Origin: Rhodobiaceae bacterium
GTDB lineage: Bacteria; Pseudomonadota; Alphaproteobacteria; Rhizobiales; TMED25
Direction of reading: 5' to 3'
Length of the DNA: 64,000 bases
Assembly (NCBI GenBank): GCA_002704755.1
Contig: PAHC01000018.1
Coordinates: 37,869-101,868, forward strand
The notes beneath the pieces were generated by a model. The model had not been told where the DNA came from. It saw only the letters and a program-made list of their open reading frames with translations, and ran no database searches. Both the position numbers and the translations under genes were made by a program. Each line of letters opens with the position of its first letter. The stretch's first letter is position 1. This document shows positions 10,504 through 20,211 of the stretch, in pieces.

Positions 10504-10521
10504 AGATTAGAATGTAATGAT

Positions 10522-11397
10522 TTAAGCTTGGCTCATATCACCATTTTCTTTTATCCATTGTCTTTTTCTTTTCGCTCCAACTTCTTCCATTCTAGAATGT
10601 CTTCTCCAATATAGAACTTTGTAGTCCATATATTCCATGAGTGTAAATAAACTTAGACCCATTAGAGACATTACTATTAGCGCAGCGAAACTGCCATCCA
10701 TATTTAAACGGAATGCAAACCTTTGCATCAAAATACCAACTCCCTCAGATGCTGAAAAGAATTGTGCAACAATTGTACCAATTAAAGCACCTGTCATTGC
10801 AAGTTTTAATCCAGCTATTATGATGGGAAGTGCACTAGGTATTTGACATTTTTGGAAATATTGTTTCTTTGTTGATCCAAGAGATCTAAATAGTTCCGTA
10901 GCATCTTTATCAATATTTAGCAATCCTGTAAGTGTATTGATAAATGGAGGAAAGAAGCAAACAAGTGCAGCGAGGGCAATTTTTGAGCTCCATCCAAATC
11001 CAAACCAAGCAATAATAAACGGTGTAACAGCTATACCCGGTGTTACGTTGAATACTACCGCATAAGGCGCCCAATATCTTCTAAACACAGGGCTTATTGC
11101 TGCAGTTATAGCTAGACCCATTCCAATACTTACACCAATAATGAAGCCCATTGTTGCTTCATACATTGTAATTATGTAATGCCAGTATATTGAACCTGTT
11201 ACAAAAAACATTTCATAAAGTCTGTACGCAATAGATGTAGGTGCAGGCATAATTAACTCGTTGACATATCCTAAACGTGCCCCAAGTTCCCAGCCTCCAA
11301 ATAAGATTAAAAATACAAGACCGTGCGCAAGTGTTTTTTGAACTGGTGTTAGCTCTTTAACGCCGGCTAATACGCCGTCTGATCCAATATCACTCAT
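10522..11397 (-). CDS. ABC transporter permease (NitT/TauT nitrate/sulfonate/taurine-type)
   Basis: 291 aa, about 6 TM. BPD_transp_1-type loop (ELFRSLGSTKKQYFQKCQIPSALP). 4-nt overlap with the upstream permease. Confidence 0.8.
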   Translation of the reverse strand: MSDIGSDGVLAGVKELTPVQKTLAHGLVFLILFGGWELGARLGYVNELIMPAPTSIAYRLYEMFFVTGSIYWHYIITMYEATMGFIIGVSIGMGLAITAAISPVFRRYWAPYAVVFNVTPGIAVTPFIIAWFGFGWSSKIALAALVCFFPPFINTLTGLLNIDKDATELFRSLGSTKKQYFQKCQIPSALPIIIAGLKLAMTGALIGTIVAQFFSASEGVGILMQRFAFRLNMDGSFAALIVMSLMGLSLFTLMEYMDYKVLYWRRHSRMEEVGAKRKRQWIKENGDMSQA

Positions 11398-12269
11398 AGT
11401 CCTAACTCCTGTCTATATTTGATTTCTCTTTGAGCACTTTTTTTAGCCATCAGATCATCATCCAACCAATAAAGTACACGTTTATCTACTACTTCCATTG
11501 CTCTGAACAGTAGGAACCCATAAAGGGTAATTGATAGTAGCCCCGCGAAAGCTGAAGGCATATTCAGAGACATTGTATATCTTGCCATTAGAATGCCCAT
11601 ACCCGCCTGAGCAGATATGAATTCCGCAACAAGAGCGCCACCGAATGCAGATCCAACAGCAAGTTTTAACCCTGCGTTCATTGTTGGTAATGCAGTTGGT
11701 ATCATTAATCTCCAAAAGACCTGTCTTCTAGTTGCTCCAAGTGACCTGAAGAGTTCATAAGATTCTTCTTGAACGCCAAGTAAACCAGTAATTGTATTCA
11801 CAAATGGTGCGAAGAAACATACCAAAGCTGCTAGTGCAACTTTTGAGCTCATTCCAAATCCAAACCAAGTAACAAATATTGGACCAACAGCAATCCTTGG
11901 TGTTGCCTCAACAATAATAATGTATGGTTTTAGAAATTGCCTAAATGTATCACTCAAAACAGCAGCGACAGCAAGAGCAATACCAATAACTGAACCGATA
12001 AGGCAGCCAAGCATTGCTTCCTGGAAGGTTACCCATAAATGGTACCAAACATTTCCTTGCGTAACATATATTTTCCATATTGATGCAGCAATATCAGTAG
12101 GTCTTGGAAGTAATAAAGGATTACTAAACCCAGTCCTGTTGGCCATTTCCCATATAAACATGACTACGAAGAAGATTAGTGTGTGTCTTATAACGGCACC
12201 ACCTAAAGACCCTGTATATTGGGAGTTTAGTTCAATATTACTAACGCTAGCTTCTTGATCATTACTCAT
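11394..12269 (-). CDS. ABC transporter permease (NitT/TauT-type), paralogue of 10522-11397
   Basis: 291 aa. Same architecture and EAA-like loop (ELFRSLGATRRQVFWRLMIPTALP). Confidence 0.8.
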   Translation of the reverse strand: MSNDQEASVSNIELNSQYTGSLGGAVIRHTLIFFVVMFIWEMANRTGFSNPLLLPRPTDIAASIWKIYVTQGNVWYHLWVTFQEAMLGCLIGSVIGIALAVAAVLSDTFRQFLKPYIIIVEATPRIAVGPIFVTWFGFGMSSKVALAALVCFFAPFVNTITGLLGVQEESYELFRSLGATRRQVFWRLMIPTALPTMNAGLKLAVGSAFGGALVAEFISAQAGMGILMARYTMSLNMPSAFAGLLSITLYGFLLFRAMEVVDKRVLYWLDDDLMAKKSAQREIKYRQELGL

Positions 12270-13039
12270 AGCGGCTGTCCATCTAAGTGTCCAGATAACA
12301 CGTCTCTTACTTGTTGGACGTAGTTATTAAATTCTGGAGTTGTTGTCATATCAATATTTCTTGGTGTAGGAAGATCGATTTCAATCTGAGCTGCAATTCT
12401 TCCTGGTCTAGGAGTCATAACAAAAACTTGATCTGCTAGGTATATTGCTTCTTGTATATTATGCGTCACAAATAATGTTGTTATATCTGGACCTTCAACA
12501 ATTCTCAATAGTTCGTCATTCAATCTTTCACGTGTGAATTCATCAAGAGCACCAAAAGGTTCATCAAGAAGCATAATATCCGCTCCCGTTTGCAATAAAC
12601 GAGCGAGTGCAACACGTTGCTGCATACCGCCTGATAATTGTCTAGGGAATGAGAATTCGAAATCTTTTAGACCAACAAGTTGGAGATGATCCCAAGCTCT
12701 TTTCTTCGCATCGGTATCAATTGTTCCTCTAATTTCATCTGGCAAGAGTACATTTTCAATTGAAGTACGCCAGTCTAATAAAACTGCCTTCTGGAACATC
12801 ATTCCAATATCACTTCTAGGTCCAACTACTTCATTACTTCTTACAAGTAGGTCACCTTCAGATTTTTCAATTAGACCTGATATAAGTCTAAGTAACGTAG
12901 ATTTTCCGCAACCACTTGGTCCTACTAAAGATATAAATGAACCACGTGGGATAGTGAAATTAGCGTCTTCAACAGCAATAACGTTTTCATTAAATTGCTT
13001 TCTGAGTCCGCTACCACTAATGACTATGTCTTCAGCCAT
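12266..13039 (-). CDS. ABC transporter ATP-binding protein (NitT/TauT-type)
   Basis: 257 aa. Walker A GPSGCGKST, signature LSGGMQQR, Walker B MLLDEPFGALD. SD GGAGG lies upstream. Confidence 0.9.
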   Translation of the reverse strand: MAEDIVISGSGLRKQFNENVIAVEDANFTIPRGSFISLVGPSGCGKSTLLRLISGLIEKSEGDLLVRSNEVVGPRSDIGMMFQKAVLLDWRTSIENVLLPDEIRGTIDTDAKKRAWDHLQLVGLKDFEFSFPRQLSGGMQQRVALARLLQTGADIMLLDEPFGALDEFTRERLNDELLRIVEGPDITTLFVTHNIQEAIYLADQVFVMTPRPGRIAAQIEIDLPTPRNIDMTTTPEFNNYVQQVRDVLSGHLDGQPL

Positions 13040-13361
13040 GTTTAATTTCCTCCCATTAAGTTATGCAGTTTTGCATAAAATTTGATAATTGACTATAGTA
13101 TCTAGGTTTCTAGCTATCTCAGCTAAAGTTACTTTGTAGCAACATTTTAATAAAAATTAAAGAAAAATCTAAACTAAATTAAAAAAAAATTTAATAACTT
13201 ATTAACTGTTGTTATTTCCAGTAAATTCTTTTGTCATTTATATGTTTTTTGAATGTATAATAAAAATATGTAGCAAAGATATGAAACTCTGGCTCAGAAG
13301 TATTCATTAAATGTATGCATTAGAATCCTATAATAATAAATATACAGATGAGGACTAAACT

Positions 13362-13931
13362 ATGAGACTAAAGAATTTAACCTATAATGAAATGAATGAA
13401 GCTCAAAAGAAGATACATGATGATATTTCTTCAGGGCCGCGTGGCAGTGTAAGAGGACCACTTGCAGTTTGGATGCATAGAGCTGGTTTAGCAGATAAGG
13501 CACAATCACTTGGAGCTTATTGCAGATATTACACATCACTTGAGCCAAAATTATCTGAATTTGCAATCTGTTTAATTGCTCGCGTATGGGGTGCAGGGTA
13601 TGAGTGGAAAGTTCATAGCAAAATTGCAATAGAAAAAGGTGTTCCTCAAGAAATTATAGATGCTATCGAGAAAGGCAAGAAACCATCAAATATGGACTCT
13701 GAACAAAGTGTAATCTATGATTTTACAATGCGTCTTCATAAAGATAAAAAGGTAAGTGATGAAGTTTATGAAAATACGATTAATATTCTCGGTAAAGATA
13801 GGATAGTAGATTTAGTTGGAATACTTGGTTATTACACGCTCATATCAATGACCATAAATGTATTTGGGGTAGAGCATTCTGAATTAAAAAGTCCATATAT
13901 GGATGAATTGGAGGGAGATATTGAAATATAA
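13362..13931 (+). CDS. Carboxymuconolactone decarboxylase (CMD/AhpD-like) family protein
   Basis: 189 aa. SGPRGSVRGP...LSEFAICLIARVWGAGYEWKVH...VDLVGILGYYTLISMTINVF resembles CMD-family proteins. Confidence 0.7.
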   Translation: MRLKNLTYNEMNEAQKKIHDDISSGPRGSVRGPLAVWMHRAGLADKAQSLGAYCRYYTSLEPKLSEFAICLIARVWGAGYEWKVHSKIAIEKGVPQEIIDAIEKGKKPSNMDSEQSVIYDFTMRLHKDKKVSDEVYENTINILGKDRIVDLVGILGYYTLISMTINVFGVEHSELKSPYMDELEGDIEI

Positions 13932-14958
13932 TCAACTTGGTCAGACAGAAATAAAAGTCTCTGAGGTTGGTTTGGGTGGCGCAGGAATTGGTCACGCGTG
14001 GGGTTTAACCTCTGATGAAGAATGTCAATATCTTATAAACTGTGCAATTGATAATGGGATAAATTTTTATGATACATCTCCAGTTTATGGAAATGAAAAA
14101 TCTGAAATAAACTTGGGAAATGTATTTAAAAAATTATCCTCAACGAGGAGAGAAAAGTTAATAATCGCAACAAAAATACGTTTTCATAATTTTGAACAAC
14201 TTGACAAAATAGAAGACTCTATGAGGAGTTCAATAGATAGGAGTTTATCAAATCTAAATCTTGATTACATAGATTTAATTCAAATTCACCATCAGGTTGG
14301 GAATTCCAGAGGGGAGTATAAATTTCGTGATAACCCTCCAGAATTTGCACCAATCATGACTTATTCTGATTGTATAAATTTCTCTGAATTAATCAATAGA
14401 TTCCGAGCGGAAGGGAAAGTTCGGTTCACTGGATTGACAGGTTGGAACGCTGATTTTTCAACGATCTGTAATTTACTGAAGAGTAAAAATTTTGATACTA
14501 TCCAGGTACTTTATAATGTTCTTAATCAGTCAGCAGGAGGGAAACTTCCAATTCTAAATGAGAAGGACCAAGGTTCTGGATTAAATGATAATTCATTAAA
14601 TGAGGGATCAATTTTTGATTTGTGTCAGAAGTATAATGTGGGTGTTATTGGGATTCGTTCGCATGCTGCTGGCGCAATAGTTAACCAGCTTGATAGAACA
14701 ATTCATTTGAAAGATAGTCTTTATCAAATGCATAAAAATGCTAGAGAATTGGACGATGTCGCAAAGAAATACGATCTTAGTTTGGCAGAGATGGCACTGA
14801 TATTTTGTATTAAGAATCCAAATATCAGCACAACAGTTCCAGGGGTAAAGAATAGACAAGAATTATTGCAATCAATTAAATGTGCAAATTCTGCAATAAA
14901 TGATGAAATAACAATTGAAATTGAAGAATGGTATAAAAGGAAGATAATTCAAGAATGA
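13903..14958 (+). CDS. Aldo/keto reductase
   Basis: 351 aa. GLGGAGIG, NFYDTSPVYG, LIIATK and IQIHH motifs. The start is uncertain (ATG 13903 overlaps the previous gene; in-frame TTG at 13921). Confidence 0.75.
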   Translation: MNWREILKYNQLGQTEIKVSEVGLGGAGIGHAWGLTSDEECQYLINCAIDNGINFYDTSPVYGNEKSEINLGNVFKKLSSTRREKLIIATKIRFHNFEQLDKIEDSMRSSIDRSLSNLNLDYIDLIQIHHQVGNSRGEYKFRDNPPEFAPIMTYSDCINFSELINRFRAEGKVRFTGLTGWNADFSTICNLLKSKNFDTIQVLYNVLNQSAGGKLPILNEKDQGSGLNDNSLNEGSIFDLCQKYNVGVIGIRSHAAGAIVNQLDRTIHLKDSLYQMHKNARELDDVAKKYDLSLAEMALIFCIKNPNISTTVPGVKNRQELLQSIKCANSAINDEITIEIEEWYKRKIIQE

Positions 14959-15036
14959 TTAGCAAGAAATAATACTTTCAATTATCAAAATATATTATAT
15001 AAGTTTAATATTGATGTTTTATTAAGGTTACATTCA

Positions 15037-15309
15037 ATGGCAAAAGAAGAGTTGCTTGAATTAGATGGTGTGGTTACCGATGTGCTTCCAGATGCTCGTT
15101 TTAGGGTGATGTTGGACAATGAACATGAAATTGTAGCCTATACTGCAGGAAAAATGAAGAAACACAGGATCAGGACTTTAATTGGTGATCGTGTAACAGT
15201 TGAAATGACACCATATGATCTGGACAAAGGACGAATTATTTTTAGACATAAGGATGAAAAAGCACCTGCAACAAGAGCTCAGGCAAGGAAAAACTTCAGA
15301 AGAAGATAA
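15037..15309 (+). CDS. infA: Translation initiation factor IF-1 with an 18-aa basic C-terminal extension
   Basis: The first 72 aa ([72 protein letters not shown]) are canonical S1-fold IF-1. They are followed by [18 protein letters not shown]. Confidence 0.9.
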   Translation: MAKEELLELDGVVTDVLPDARFRVMLDNEHEIVAYTAGKMKKHRIRTLIGDRVTVEMTPYDLDKGRIIFRHKDEKAPATRAQARKNFRRR

Positions 15310-15329
15310 CAGATTTTTTCTATAATCCG

Positions 15330-16214
15330 CTAATTTTCATAATTTGCTAATATTACAGCAACAACAACGCAGAAAAATCCAATCAATATATTTGAAGAAA
15401 CAGGTTCGCTTAATATCAGTGCACCTAATATCATTGCACTTAATGGATTAAAGCCAACAGTCATTGTTATGCCAGTTGGTGTTGACATATTGATTGAAGA
15501 AGTAAACATAGACTTCATTAAAGCAGCGCCAGGGATGGCTAATATGAGTAATACAATCCATTGAGTTGAGTCAAATGATAGAGATCCATTGAGAGGACTT
15601 CCAAAGAATAATGCTAGCAGAAGCATTAGAGATGAACCAATAAACATTGGCCATGCGGTGAATGTAAAACTTCCGTATTTTCGAATGTATTTACCAACAT
15701 TCAACACATAAACAGAATTACAGAATGCAGCTACAAACATTAAAAAGTCACCTAAGTGTACATCCGATGCCAGTGAACCTATATCGTCACTGAGTGTGAT
15801 AATAATTCCTGTGATAGCTATCATTATCGCTAATACCTTAAGTGGTGTTGGCCTCTCTTTACCAAGCAGTACTCCTAAGACCAAAGTTATTACAGGCTGT
15901 GATGTAAAAACAATAGATCCCCGAGCTGCAGTGGTATGTTCAAGCCCAGCGGCAAAGGATAGGGGGAAACCAATATAAAAAACTATGGATAACAATAATA
16001 TTGGTATCCAATCCACTCTTTCCAGTGGTTTGTTTTTTTTGAATAAGAATAATAATGATAATAATAATAAAGCTGCTATCCCATACCGGGTCCCTGGCAA
16101 TGTAAAGGGATCAGTGTCAGGCATTAAGTATCTTGTGAGAACTACGGTTGTACCTCCAATAGTCGCAGACAATGACGCTAATAATGCGCCGATGTAGCTT
16201 TGTTTAACTATCAT
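15330..16214 (-). CDS. DMT-superfamily (EamA-type) transporter
   Basis: 294 aa, about 10 hydrophobic segments arranged as two EamA repeats. Confidence 0.7.
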   Translation of the reverse strand: MIVKQSYIGALLASLSATIGGTTVVLTRYLMPDTDPFTLPGTRYGIAALLLLSLLFLFKKNKPLERVDWIPILLLSIVFYIGFPLSFAAGLEHTTAARGSIVFTSQPVITLVLGVLLGKERPTPLKVLAIMIAITGIIITLSDDIGSLASDVHLGDFLMFVAAFCNSVYVLNVGKYIRKYGSFTFTAWPMFIGSSLMLLLALFFGSPLNGSLSFDSTQWIVLLILAIPGAALMKSMFTSSINMSTPTGITMTVGFNPLSAMILGALILSEPVSSNILIGFFCVVVAVILANYEN

Positions 16215-16221
16215 GTTTTTT

Positions 16222-17640
16222 CTAAAATATTTTACCTGGGTTTAGGATTTCTTTTGGATCTAAAAGATTTTTAATTTCTTTCATAATTGTTAGTTCGGTG
16301 GGATCTTTATATTTTATCATCTGACTTTTCTTGATAATTCCCACTCCATGCTCAGCAGCAAAACTTCCACCATATGTGAAGGCATTCCCGTAAACAATTT
16401 CTCGAATTTCTTTTGTTTTTTCTTTAAACGCTTCTGAAGAATAACCTATAGGAGGGCATACATTGTAGTGTATATTGCCATCACCAATATGTCCGTAAGG
16501 CACAGGTCTAACGCCTGGTAAATATTGAGCGAGCTTATCTCCAGTTGTTCTAATAAAGTCAGGAACTGATGAAATTGGTACCGATACATCATGTTTTATT
16601 TCTCCACCCAACTTTGGTTGATGTTCAACAATGGCCTTCCTAATCTTCCAAATATTTTGTGTCTTAGCAATTGAGTCTGATATAACGGCATCAGTAATAA
16701 CATTTTCTTCGAGTGCATGTTGAAGAGCCGCTTCCATTAAATTTTTTGCATTCTCATTATTTTTAGTATCAGAAAACTCAATTATTACATTCCATTGTTC
16801 AGCATTTACTAGAGGGTTTATGATATTGTCACCAAACTCTATTGCAATTGAGAGTCCAATATCAGGGATTAGTTCGAAGGAAGATAAGAGCTCTCCACTG
16901 AAATCTCTTAATATTTCAAGCAAATTCATTGAGGTTGTAAGATCAGTAAGTGAAACAAAGGCAGTAACTTTATTTTCAATTTTTGGAAATAATCTCAAAC
17001 TAGCAGCTGTAATAATACCGAGTGTTCCTTCTGCCCCCATGAATAGATGCTTTAGGGCATATCCAGTATTATCTTTTCTGAGTTTTTTTAGCATATTAAC
17101 AATATTACCATTTGCTAATACCACTTCAATACCGAGAACTAAGTCCCTCATATTCCCATATTTGAGCACTGATATTCCACCAGCGTTCGTTGATATGTTG
17201 CCACCAATTGTACAAGAACCTTCAGATCCAATACTGAGAGGAAAGTGTCTAGAAACTTCAGATGCAGCTAACTGAATTTGATTGAGTATACATCCTGCCT
17301 CAACGGTGATTGTATAGTCTTTTGGGTTTAGATCTAAAATCTTATTCATTTTTTTTAGGCTAAGTATTACTTCACCATTTGGTATACCTGAGGCGACTGA
17401 TCCAGTATTTCCTCCTTGAGGAACAATTTTAATGTTTTTTTCATTACACATTTTCAAGATCTTGGAGACTTGTTCGGAGCTCCTTGGAGTTAACATTAAT
17501 GGTGAATTACCATGAAAATTTCCAACCCAATCTTGAAGATGTGGGTAAATTATTTCTTGATCAGTAATAATATCTCTGCCATCCAAGATGTTTGATAATT
17601 TTGAAATAAAATCTTCAAGTTGTTTATCTGGGAATGACAT
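16222..17640 (-). CDS. FAD-linked oxidase (GlcD / D-lactate / D-2-hydroxyacid dehydrogenase family)
   Basis: 472 aa. PCMH-type FAD-binding domain (IVPQGGNTGSVASGIP) and C-terminal FAD-oxidase domain (AEHGVGIIK). Confidence 0.8.
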   Translation of the reverse strand: MSFPDKQLEDFISKLSNILDGRDIITDQEIIYPHLQDWVGNFHGNSPLMLTPRSSEQVSKILKMCNEKNIKIVPQGGNTGSVASGIPNGEVILSLKKMNKILDLNPKDYTITVEAGCILNQIQLAASEVSRHFPLSIGSEGSCTIGGNISTNAGGISVLKYGNMRDLVLGIEVVLANGNIVNMLKKLRKDNTGYALKHLFMGAEGTLGIITAASLRLFPKIENKVTAFVSLTDLTTSMNLLEILRDFSGELLSSFELIPDIGLSIAIEFGDNIINPLVNAEQWNVIIEFSDTKNNENAKNLMEAALQHALEENVITDAVISDSIAKTQNIWKIRKAIVEHQPKLGGEIKHDVSVPISSVPDFIRTTGDKLAQYLPGVRPVPYGHIGDGNIHYNVCPPIGYSSEAFKEKTKEIREIVYGNAFTYGGSFAAEHGVGIIKKSQMIKYKDPTELTIMKEIKNLLDPKEILNPGKIF

Positions 17641-17662
17641 ATTTGGTGCAATTTTTATTAAA

Positions 17663-17738
17663 TGGTGCCGGCTGAGAGATTTGAACTCCCGACCTACTGA
17701 TTACAAATCAGCCGCTCTACCAACTGAGCTAAGCCGGC
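17663..17738 (-). tRNA. tRNA-Thr (anticodon UGU)
   Basis: The reverse complement reads GCCGGCTTAGCTCAGTTGGTAGAGCGGCTGATTTGTAATCAGTAGGTCGGGAGTTCAAATCTCTCAGCCGGCACCA. It has a 7-bp acceptor stem, anticodon loop TTTGTAA, T-loop GTTCAAATC and an encoded CCA. Confidence 0.9.
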
Positions 17739-17823
17739 ACGTTTGAAACAATTTACTATTAAATCAAAAAACATTTTTTTAAAAGTAAATTATTTACAAT
17801 AATTTATTTTTGCACGTAGGAGT

Positions 17824-18549
17824 TTATTTGATTGCTATTTTATCTAATATAATGCCCATCGCGACTGATACATTAAGACTTTTAATTTTACCAGGGGCAT
17901 TAATTTTGTATATTTGATCACAATATTTTTTTGTTAAGTTCCTGATCCCTCTTCCTTCATCCCCGAATATTGCAACAACCTTATCGCGTTTATTAAAGTT
18001 TATTTCATCAATTATATTATTTGCATCACTATCAAAACCAATTAACCAAAAGTTATTATTTTTTAATTCTTCATAACAATTTGCCAGATTTTTGGCGATG
18101 ATAATATCAACGTATTCTAGTCCTCCAGATGCTGATTTTGCAATTAAGCCTTCATCTAGTAAATCAAATTTTTGAGTTGTCATTACCTTATTAATCCCAT
18201 AAGCGGAACATGTTCTTATGATTGCACCTATGTTTCTGGGGTCGGTTATATTATCTAAGAAAACAATTCTGTTTGTACTTGCAATATTGCTCTCTTTTAA
18301 TGGGAGAATTTGTTTGGGCTTGCAAAATGAGATTATACCTTGGTGTACTTGTCCATTTGGAAGTAGCTTATTCAATGTTTTTGTATCAACTATATTTACT
18401 TTGAATTTTGACAAGTCAATAGTCGAATATGAAGTAATTTTCACCATCGCGTTTTTGGTTAAATATATTTCAGTTGTATTTCTGTTTATATTTGCAAGGG
18501 CGTGTATGTTGGCATGATAGCCATATATTTTTATATAATTATTATTCAT
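17824..18549 (-). CDS. TrmH/SpoU-family RNA 2'-O-methyltransferase (RlmB-like)
   Basis: 241 aa. SpoU motifs DPRNIGAIIRTCSAYG, AIFGDEGRGI and LNVSVAMGIIL. Confidence 0.75.
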   Translation of the reverse strand: MNNNYIKIYGYHANIHALANINRNTTEIYLTKNAMVKITSYSTIDLSKFKVNIVDTKTLNKLLPNGQVHQGIISFCKPKQILPLKESNIASTNRIVFLDNITDPRNIGAIIRTCSAYGINKVMTTQKFDLLDEGLIAKSASGGLEYVDIIIAKNLANCYEELKNNNFWLIGFDSDANNIIDEINFNKRDKVVAIFGDEGRGIRNLTKKYCDQIYKINAPGKIKSLNVSVAMGIILDKIAIK

Positions 18550-18669
18550 GTCGCTATTAATATATGGATTTTTATATATCTTTGGTGTAAAGGTGTATAC
18601 AAATAATTACCTGCGGTTAAAAAACGAGTGTTTTTTATTGTAAAATTATTTATAAATAGGGCAACAAAT

Positions 18670-18754
18670 GGAGGGGTGCCCGAGTGGTTAAAGGGGACGG
18701 GCTGTAAACCCGTTGGCTTAGCCTACGTTGGTTCAAATCCAACCCCCTCCACCA
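18670..18754 (+). tRNA. tRNA-Tyr (anticodon GUA)
   Basis: GGAGGGGTGCCCGAGTGG...ACGGGCTGTAAACCCGT...GTTGGTTCAAATCCAACCCCCTCCACCA. It has a long variable arm and an encoded CCA. Confidence 0.92.
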
Positions 18755-18776
18755 TGTATTTTTATACATAAATTAA

Positions 18777-18850
18777 GCGGGTGTAGCTCAAAGGTAGAGC
18801 AGCAGCCTTCCAAGCTGAGGACGAGGGTTCGATTCCCTTCACCCGCTCCA
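18777..18850 (+). tRNA. tRNA-Gly (anticodon UCC)
   Basis: GCGGGTGTAGCTCAAAGGTAGAGCAGCAGCCTTCCAAGCTGAGGACGAGGGTTCGATTCCCTTCACCCGCTCCA. The anticodon loop is CTTCCAA. The Tyr-Gly-tuf arrangement is classic. Confidence 0.9.
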
Positions 18851-18986
18851 TAAAATTAAAAAATATTTTATTAATTTTTTTGTAGATTTTTTAAAATATT
18901 CAACTATATATGGTAAATATTCATTCATCGGTAACTCAAAAATCGTAAATAAATTATGATTTAAAACTATTAAGGTAGGAATAAAC

Positions 18987-20177
18987 ATGGCTAAAGAAAA
19001 GTTTGATCGTAGTAAACCGCATTGTAACATCGGTACAATTGGTCACGTAGACCACGGTAAAACAACATTAACTGCAGCAATTACAAAAGTACTTTCAGAA
19101 TCTGGTGGTGCTGAGTTCTCTGCATACGACGCAATTGACAAAGCTCCAGAAGAAAAAGCACGAGGAATAACAATTTCAACTGCTCATGTGGAGTATACAA
19201 CTGAGAACAGGCATTATGCTCACGTCGACTGTCCAGGTCACGCTGACTATGTTAAAAATATGATAACAGGTGCAGCACAAATGGATGGTGCAATTTTAGT
19301 GGTGAATGCTGCTGATGGTCCAATGCCACAAACAAGAGAGCATATTCTTCTAGCAAGACAAGTTGGTGTTCCTGCTCTTGTTGTGTACCTAAATAAAGTT
19401 GACCAAGTCGATGACGAAGAACTTCTTGATTTGGTTGAGATGGAAGTTAGAGAATTGCTGAGCTCATATGAATTCCCTGGTGACGACATTCCTATTGTTA
19501 AAGGATCTGCTCTAGCAGCGCTTGAAGGTAGAGACGATGAAATTGGTAAAAACTCAATCATGGAATTAATGGCTGCTGTTGATTCATACATTCCACAACC
19601 AGATAGACCAAAAGATCAACCATTCTTAATGCCAATCGAAGATGTATTTTCAATATCTGGCCGTGGTACAGTTGTTACTGGTAGGGTTGAAAGAGGTATT
19701 ATCAATGTTGGTGAAGAGATTGAAATTGTCGGTATCAAAGATACTGCAAAAACTACATGTACTGGCGTTGAAATGTTCAGAAAACTTCTGGATCAAGGTG
19801 AGGCTGGTGATAACGTAGGTATTCTTCTTAGAGGTACAAAAAGAGAAGAAGTTGAAAGAGGGCAGGTTCTTTCAAAGCCTGGTTCAATTACACCACACGC
19901 CAAATTTAAGGCAAACGCCTATATTCTTACAAAAGATGAAGGTGGTAGACATACTCCATTCTTCACTAATTATAGACCACAATTTTACTTCCGAACAACT
20001 GATGTGACCGGAATTGTTAAATTACCTCAAGGTACTGAGATGGTGATGCCAGGTGATAACATTGAAGTGGATGTTGAATTGATAACACCCATAGCAATGG
20101 AAGAAAATCTCAGATTTGCTATTCGTGAAGGTGGTAGAACTGTTGGTGCAGGTGTTGTATCAAAGATTTCTGAATAA
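18987..20177 (+). CDS. tuf: Elongation factor Tu
   Basis: 396 aa. [17 protein letters not shown] and NKVD motifs; full-length canonical EF-Tu. Confidence 0.98.
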   Translation: MAKEKFDRSKPHCNIGTIGHVDHGKTTLTAAITKVLSESGGAEFSAYDAIDKAPEEKARGITISTAHVEYTTENRHYAHVDCPGHADYVKNMITGAAQMDGAILVVNAADGPMPQTREHILLARQVGVPALVVYLNKVDQVDDEELLDLVEMEVRELLSSYEFPGDDIPIVKGSALAALEGRDDEIGKNSIMELMAAVDSYIPQPDRPKDQPFLMPIEDVFSISGRGTVVTGRVERGIINVGEEIEIVGIKDTAKTTCTGVEMFRKLLDQGEAGDNVGILLRGTKREEVERGQVLSKPGSITPHAKFKANAYILTKDEGGRHTPFFTNYRPQFYFRTTDVTGIVKLPQGTEMVMPGDNIEVDVELITPIAMEENLRFAIREGGRTVGAGVVSKISE

Positions 20178-20182
20178 TTGAT

Positions 20183-20198
20183 GGGCCGCTGTTGGCCC
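20183..20198 (+). other. Short GC hairpin between tuf and tRNA-Trp (possible attenuator or processing signal)
   Basis: GGGCC (20183-87), loop GCTGTT, GGCCC (20194-98), 5 nt after the tuf stop and 13 nt before tRNA-Trp. Confidence 0.3.
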
Positions 20199-20211
20199 AC
20201 TATTATTTAAT

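Noticed and set aside
13040-13361. The 322-nt intergenic region as a riboswitch or leader for the ABC operon or the CMD gene.
   Set aside because: The sequence is extremely AT-rich, with long A/T runs and no stable multi-stem architecture. It is better explained as divergent promoters. Only the small palindrome is retained as a low-interest observation.
18625-18645. A-T hairpin AAAAAAC-GAGT-GTTTTTT upstream of tRNA-Tyr as a terminator or regulatory stem.
   Set aside because: It is a purely A/T stem with a single G-C pair and very low predicted stability in an AT-rich spacer. It is indistinguishable from chance.
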